Of a stretch of DNA of 64,000 bases, positions 52,184-64,000 are shown one piece after another; position 1 is the first letter of the stretch, and each line of letters opens with the position of its first letter. The notes beneath the pieces are model-generated. The model did not search any database, was not told the DNA's origin, and saw only the letters and a program-made list of their open reading frames with translations. Origin of the DNA: Antechinus flavipes (Eukaryota); the NCBI RefSeq assembly GCF_016432865.1, contig NC_067399.1, positions 390,228,001-390,292,000 of the forward strand, written 5' to 3'. A program made the position numbers and the translations under genes.

Positions 52184-54774
52184 AAATGAGGGTTTGTAGC
52201 TTCCTTCCTTCCCTCTTCCATTATTTGCCTCACTTCCTATAGCATAAAAGAATAGATTTCCATATGATTATATTTTATCATAATATTTTTAGCTTGTCTT
52301 TCCACCTCTTCATCCACATTTTCCTCTCTGCTGTATTCTTTCCTGGTAAATCTTTCCTTCCTTCTTCTGTTCCCCTTAGGTCATAGAATTTTCTCTCAGT
52401 TACCCTATTACTTATCTTTGAAATGAATGAACTGTCGTGTTTCCCTTTTTCATTTATAACTTAAAATTTAATCTTCCTCAGCCAATGTTTTTTAAGTATT
52501 AAACTTAATTGTGGTTCCATACTCTCACTCAGAGTTAACCTCTACTGTATCACTTACAAAGGAATGTTTCCAGGAGTTCATTCTTATTATGACAATGAAA
52601 ATAATTGTGGTCCTCCTGAAGAACAATCTAGGCAGTTGTTCTAGTATTTGTTCCTCATCCCTTTTAAAGTGAGAGATTCTCAGAGAACATTAATGACCTT
52701 GTAATCTATTAGCTTTTTATAGTTTTTATATTTGGCCCTAATAGTTTTTATAATTGCCCGCATATTTCAAAAAACTAAGATTCAAGCTATTTGCTTGGAT
52801 TTTCTTTTTCAATTCTTAGACATCAAATATTCCTTTTTGTGGTTTCTGATGTCAATTCCCTTACAAATGCCTCATTTTGTAAAATAACAAGAACTAATCA
52901 AGAACAGTAATATTTTGGTGAAAAAAAGGACTATAATACAGCTCTTTCAAAGTAATGAAGACAAATCTGTTAAATTCTTGTGAAGAAGAACATGTTCTGG
53001 CTTGGAGATAGTTGTGAAATATTAAATGCAGACTTCTGATCAGTGAATATTCCAATGTCACTGCACATTAATGATTTCTAATCTTTATTTATTCTTAATA
53101 TAAATTTCAAGGAGTGGAGTCATGGCTTTATTATGGTTCTGTAAAGTCATCCTTGTGAGCTACTTTGTGTGTGTATATACATACATACATACATATATAT
53201 GTTATATATATGACACTTCTCCCCTTCAATCACATAGATTTGAGTTTTTTGCATCCTTTAGATGGACAAGACATTTTACATTATGCGTTATTGTGAAGTT
53301 CAAATGAGGTAATAATTGTAAAAATCTCAGTAGAGTCTCTGGCACATAATAAGTATTAATAAATGATTCTTCTTTTCCCTCCTTAAGGTCTGATAACTGT
53401 TTTCATATTGGTTATTTAAATCATCTTCCAGTATGGGGAGAATTCCAGTTCATGAGTATCACCATCTTGGAAAAAGCGTGTGCTATTGAATATCTGTTTG
53501 AGAGCTTTGAGAGACTTCATACACAGCCCTTCTTAATTTTACCGCACAATATTTAATCTGGAAGGGTCTTCACATGTTTTTCAATTCATTTCCTATTCAT
53601 TGAACTTTGAAAACTTTGAAAAAAATGTCATTTAATGATACACTTCTAATTTTTAAAGAAGCTATTATCATCCAGATTTGAATGTAGAAGAAAGTTGCAT
53701 TTATTTGAGGCAAAAATCTACTCTTCAATTTGCAAAAAATGTTACTTTTAAGTATTTTAAAAGAAAGATTAAAAGGATAAACTATGTTTCATATTATCAT
53801 ATGGGGCAAGCACTTTTCTTCTTTTCATAATCGGATGCCAAAAAGATTTGTGATTTCTTAAGCTTGAGGAACAGCAATAACTTAATAGACAATTGACAGA
53901 GAGTAGTCTCTGGTACATAGATATTCAGTGGCTCAACAATGGCCACATAAGTAGTAAACTTCAGAAGAGGGAGTTTTGATTAAGTATTCCTGAATCCAAT
54001 GAAATATGTTGTCTCTTAACTATGTTGCCTCTTTTCTAGGGTAACATTACTGTAGAAATGGTCTAGTTGTGTGCAGTTGTATACTCTTATACCATTAAAA
54101 TCTAAAATAGAGAATGTGTAGGTGACATAGAGAGAATTTCCAATATCAGAACATTCTCTGCAGGTAGAATTGGCATATATGATACTGAAATTTTATTCTT
54201 TCCCTTTTGTTTCTTCTCTTTACTCTTCTGATGAATTCAGAAGTTGATTTGCTGAAATAGGCACTTTGAAAATCAACAGCATACACATACTGTCTCTCAT
54301 ATTCTGAAACTTTTTATTTCTAAAATTAAGAAACATGCAAAAATTTTCATCAAAAAGACAAGAATGTTGAGTATGGAATTACAAATCTCTGTTACTTGTA
54401 CTTTACTCTAAAATGTAATATAAATTTAGTGTTATTTTAAAAATTATACTACTTACCTATGTGTCCTTCTGCTCTTTTCTGTGCGAGTTTTAAAATGGCA
54501 AAATAATGCTCTTTTTGTTTTTTTTCTTTTCTTCTTCCCCCGACATTCTTATGAAAGCTATTCTCTAAGACATAAGTTCTATTTGCCAGATTACTGCCTA
54601 ACTGTTTCTCACTTGTTAAGCTCAAATAAAAACTTTATCATCTATTGTCCACATTGCATCTTTAGTGAATCTTCCAAGAAATCTTTTCCCTCCAGAGAAA
54701 CACAGTTCCCCCAAAGAAACATACTTCTGGACTAAGAACCCTCACTTCTAGAGAATAAATTTCCTGGATGGTAT

Positions 54775-55033
54775 TGTTATTGTTGCTCAGTCATATCTGA
54801 CTCTTTGTGATCCCATTTGAGGTTTTCGTGGCAAGATACTAAAGCAGTTTGATATTTCCTTCTTCAGCTCATCTTACAGATGAGGAAACTGAGGCAAAGA
54901 GACTTAAGTTCCTTGCTCAGGGTCACACAGTAAGTGTCTGAGGAAATGTCTGAGGCCAGATCTGACCTCAGGAAAAGAAAAATCTTCTTGACTCCGGATC
55001 TGGCACTTCATCAATTGTGCCACCTGGCTGCCC
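54775..55033 (-). mobile_element. Mar1-type SINE, paralog of 44660-44892
   Basis: tcttacagatgaggaaactgaggcaaag...gggtcacacagtaagtg...cacctggctgccc, at the same position within spacer 2. Confidence 0.75.
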
Positions 55034-55614
55034 GGAGAGGTAAATACTGAATCATAAAATAGGGTAAAATCTAAATTTTGTTAACAAAGATCCCCTTGGC
55101 CACAGAACCCTTGGATCATTCCATTTGGAATAAAATAAGACTTCTGATGAGTAAAAAAGCTCAAATAAGGAACGTCTTAGCTTGAGAATTCATAAGTTCT
55201 CCAACTTGAAGGAAATAGGAATCATCAGCTGCTTACAATCTGGATGCTACTGCTTGTTTCTTCCCTACCCCACCCTATCATTTACTCTCAAAAGCATTGT
55301 AGAATTGAGTGTGGCTTCTTTTTGGTCCAAATCACTTCTTTTTTAGGACATATATTTACTATTGCCTTTAAGATTTAGAAGACCACATTCTTGACTGAAG
55401 CATTTGCTTTTTAACCAACTTTTTAAAAATTTTTATGTAAATAAATATATAAGTACAAATGTGTATGGTGTGGGGTAATGTTGTGAATGCTTATACCATT
55501 GTTATGGGTAGCCCTGCAGAACAGAAGTTTTTAAAAAGTTAAAATTCGAAGGATGATCTCTGGTACTTGTTTCCTGGGGAATTATTTGCTTCATTTGGAG
55601 AAAAATAACGAAGA

Positions 55615-55641
55615 GACGCGTGGTGGCGCTGCAGACTAAGT
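55615..55641 (+). promoter_or_regulatory. CSE / CTCF site of gene D
   Basis: gacgcgtggtggcgctgcagactaagt, 251 bp upstream of the ATG. Confidence 0.9.
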
Positions 55642-55808
55642 AGACGCAGAAAAGATCTGCGACTATGCCAATACCCAACCAGAAAGCGAGGCCAGAACCA
55701 GACATTTTGGAAGCAGAAAGGAAGCTTTGTTAGCGGCAACTGGAGAAAGGAATCAGTTCTTCCAGAGAGACGGGCGAAAGTGACAGCCTCTGACTACCTG
55801 CGGTCTAG

Positions 55809-58214
<2,406 letters not shown>

Positions 58215-61164
58215 GAAATAGCTTGTGTTTCACTTAATATTTTGACCTTTATTTCAATCCACTCTATCCACCCTATCCCATTCTTTCTCTGTGTGGCAAA
58301 AAATACAATTAAGTAACATCTCATTTTATTATAATATTTGTCCTCTTGTACTTTCAGAAATGTTTTGCTCTTCTCTCTGCATCATTAATTCTGAAGGAAG
58401 CACAGCACTCTGATTTCTGAATTTCCCAGTACTATTTTAAATTAATTTACATACAAATGGCATAAATTATAAATGACATGAAGTTATGGTATTAAAATGT
58501 AGTTGTGGTGTACTTTATAACACTTCTCATCTGAAGTCTCTGAGGTTTGGCACTAAACATCCTACAAAAGAAAAGGGATTGACATAAAATCATTTTTTCC
58601 CTTCCCTGAATGTATCCCATTAATTTCCCACTCTGTAGGGTGTGCCAATCAAATGATATTAACATCTTGTTCAAATGAGTGTTGTTAAATAATCTCCTTT
58701 TTAATATCAGAGTCTTTGGTCTTTGGGAAACTTAATTTAAAAAACCCATCTGAAACTGATCACAGAACATCAGATATGGAAGAGAGTTACAGAGTAATAA
58801 ATTTTGAACTAAAGAGACCTTAGAAGTTATCTATTCCAGTTTCTTATTTTTACAAAAAAAATTGTTTACCTTTTGTCATATAAGTAATAATTATCAGATG
58901 TAGGATGTGAATTTCAGTTACACATGTTGTTTTCCCCACCTCATTCAGGCCAATTTCTCCTATGATTGTCTTTAATTTATTTTCATGGTTAAAATCAAAG
59001 AAATATGATTTTATATAAACTTTTGTGGAACAATACATAATTATCAGTCCTGGAAGTAGAAAAGTTACTTAAAAGGACACATGCAATCTAACTTCCCCCC
59101 TCCCAAAATAAAAAATTTTAGTGAATAAAAAGTTTCAATTAAAGTGGAAAGCCATGCCAAAGTACTCAAACTATGGTCTTTATATTTTGACCATATTTTT
59201 TCCCCTTAAGTGACAATAGACATGCCCGAGGTTTATCGGGGCTAAGGAGGTTGCTGAGCATCACATAGTAAGTGTGACAGAGGAGACTAAATCAACGTTT
59301 TCATTATTCCAAGCCCTACCACTCCAAGAAACCAATCTACTTCTTTTTTGGTCACATTTACATGAAAAAGAACCAATTATCCACTATTACTTCATTACTA
59401 AATAACCAATACATAAGTAGCAAAGTAATATAAACAAAATATTTGCCTATTAATTGGTATATGGCTAAATAAATTGTGACACAAGAATGTAATGGAATGT
59501 ACTGAAACAATAAATTTGAAGAATACAGAGAATGATGGGAAAACAAACACAAACAATAGAAAAAGATGATATAAAACAAGAAAACAATCTAAACAATAAC
59601 TTTTAAGTAGAAACAAAAACCAAAAAATCTAAACTAAGTGATAAGAAATTATAATGCCTAAGCTTGGTCCCAAGAAGAGAAGAGTAGGCAAAATATTCAT
59701 TATCGGTTATCAATGCCTGGGAATGGGAAGAGAGAGGATATATGGGGAAATGAATCTATATAAAAACAAAAGATATCAATAATTTGAAAAAGGAAACATT
59801 AATACATGAATGTGAAATCAGGAAGAAAAGATTGTTCCCTCTGCCACAACATTCTAGGATGTGGAACATCAGACTAACCTTCCATGAAAGAGTTGTAATC
59901 TTTTCTTTTGGTTTTCATAGCACTATTTCATAAGCCTCCAAGCATATTTTTTCACTGCCAGTTTTCCTGAAGAAACATAGACACTTAGAACTTGGGTACC
60001 TTAGTTCATCACAAAATAAACACTAACCAGTTAAAAAACATTTTCTACCTATTACCATAACCACTGTAGTGTGATGTCTGAGAAAGCAGGCTTTTTGGGT
60101 TAGTAGAAAGGAACTGAAAGGAAAATAAGTGCTCATATATTGATGAACAACCGAATAAATTGTGACATAGGAATAAATCCAATTATTATGCAACTAGAAG
60201 CAACAAAGACAAAGAAACAAATATTAAGAATCCAAAGAAACTTGGGAAGACTTGTAAGAACTGATGCAGTAGCAAAAGTGGAAGCAGTAAAATAAATTGC
60301 ATTTTAAGCATAATAATGGAAAGAAAAGCAAATCTGAAAGATTTCAGAATTCCAATCAATGCAGTAACTTATTTTGTTTTTAGGGGACAGAAAAAGTATG
60401 TCTTCTCTTTCTCTGTAGGAAATTAACTGACTATAGATGTCCAAAGGTGAATATAATTTTTAGGTATCCCCATTATATTAATTTGTTTTGTTAAACTGTA
60501 TTTTGTTATTAAGAAGAGTGTTTGTAAAGAATTGAGTCATTGTGAAGTAATAAGATTGTAAAAAGAATTTATAAAACCATTTTTAAAATAATGGAAAGTT
60601 CAGAACCATTATCTCCTAGAGGACTCGTATTAAATTGAACCCCTTAGAATATCGGCTTCTAAACAATAAGTAGATCGACTCCTCATTCTTTCTTCCCAGA
60701 ATCAAGAAAATTGATTTCCTTTCTGGGAAAACACAGATGAAACACAATTTCCTGGATTTATGTGCCAATCAGTGGAATTAAGGAATATACATGCACTCAT
60801 TTGGATCGGTGGGAGGGAGAATAGTGTATAGTATCTAGTGTATAGTATCTACTTGCTGGCAAGGAGTATGAAATTCCTGGGTCATTATTCCAATTCAGTT
60901 AAATAATGTTTAAATTTTTAAAATGACACCGAAATGATATGGGACTCGTATTATACACTCAGATTCCCAAAGCAGACCTTTCATAGCCGAAAATCAATTC
61001 TAAATTCTTTTCTTTTTTTTTTTTTGGCACCCTCCAACTTACGATTTATTCTTGTTCTTATCAGAGTCTCTAAAAAAATCATTCCCAAGAGATTTAGCTT
61101 AAAAATTGTGTTAAAATTCTCGAATGGTTGCAGCCTTTTCACAGTACTTATCTTTAACATGAAG

Positions 61165-61167
<3 letters not shown>

Positions 61168-61194
<27 letters not shown>
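61168..61194. repeat. (TA)n microsatellite ~170 bp upstream of the gene E CSE
   Basis: Uninterrupted tatata run. Confidence 0.9.
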
Positions 61195-61198
<4 letters not shown>

Positions 61199-61363
61199 TT
61201 AGACAAAATCCTAAATCAAGACATAGTGTCATTTCTTAGTGCTTGCAATATTGATATGGATTCTCTTGTAAAGAACGAGCCAGAGACCCGTTGAAAGACA
61301 TAAAGATATTCAAGACAGGGCATCTGGCATGATTATTTAAACTACATTCTGGGATCATGATGA

Positions 61364-61390
61364 ACCGCATGGTGGCGATGCAGGCTAAGA
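61364..61390 (+). promoter_or_regulatory. CSE / CTCF site of gene E (CGAT variant)
   Basis: accgcatggtggcgatgcaggctaaga, 245 bp upstream of the ATG. Confidence 0.9.
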
Positions 61391-61563
61391 AGACGCAGAA
61401 AAGATCAGCGGATACGCCAATTCCCAGAAAACAGTGCTGAATCAGTCAAGAAGAGGAGCTTTCTTAACGAGCTAAAGGAAGGGTTCGGGCGCCTCGTATT
61501 TCTGAGATACCAGTCAGACTGAGGAAAGTTATAGCCTCGAATTGTCGTTTGCAGTTGCGCTAG

Positions 61564-63981
<2,418 letters not shown>

Positions 63982-64000
63982 GATTTGATATGTGCTACAA

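Noticed and set aside
60822-60849. 14-bp tandem duplication tagtgtatagtatc upstream of gene E (and an 11-bp one near 25487)
   Set aside because: Ordinary slippage duplications outside recognisable elements.

Overview
AT-rich marsupial genomic DNA, probably a dasyurid judging by its WSINE1-type SINEs, Mar1-type SINEs and L1 3' UTR. The window covers part of a clustered protocadherin-beta (PCDHB) array, probably its 5' end. The first ~12.6 kb is retroelement debris (RTE/BovB-like LINE, L1, SINEs, LTR-like inserts). After that come ten PCDHB-derived units, all on the + strand. Five are open single-exon genes (A 30433, B 39333, C 49853, D 55866, E 61609). Five are dead copies: a barely recognisable relic at 12.9-14.4 kb that the ORF track does not reveal, pseudogenes at 16.3, 24.7 and 45.7 kb, and a promoterless fragment at 23.3 kb. 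Nine of the ten units have a forward-oriented CSE/CTCF element ~195-265 bp upstream of the ATG. The gene family and its promoter-choice system are well known, so this is not a new system. The notable points are lineage-specific. (1) An orphan CpG-rich CSE promoter has outlived its gene. (2) Four consecutive dead copies sit at the 5' end. (3) A two-gene cassette has been tandemly triplicated. (4) Gene conversion has patched the specificity-determining EC1-EC3 domains of gene A. (5) The homogenised EC5-EC6 tract is CpG-poor, unlike eutherians. (6) Three independent indels removed the conserved C-terminal tail. (7) Gene C has a 24-bp deletion in the EC5 core. All alignments and counts were done by eye. 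Small indels could be assembly errors and should be checked against reads.
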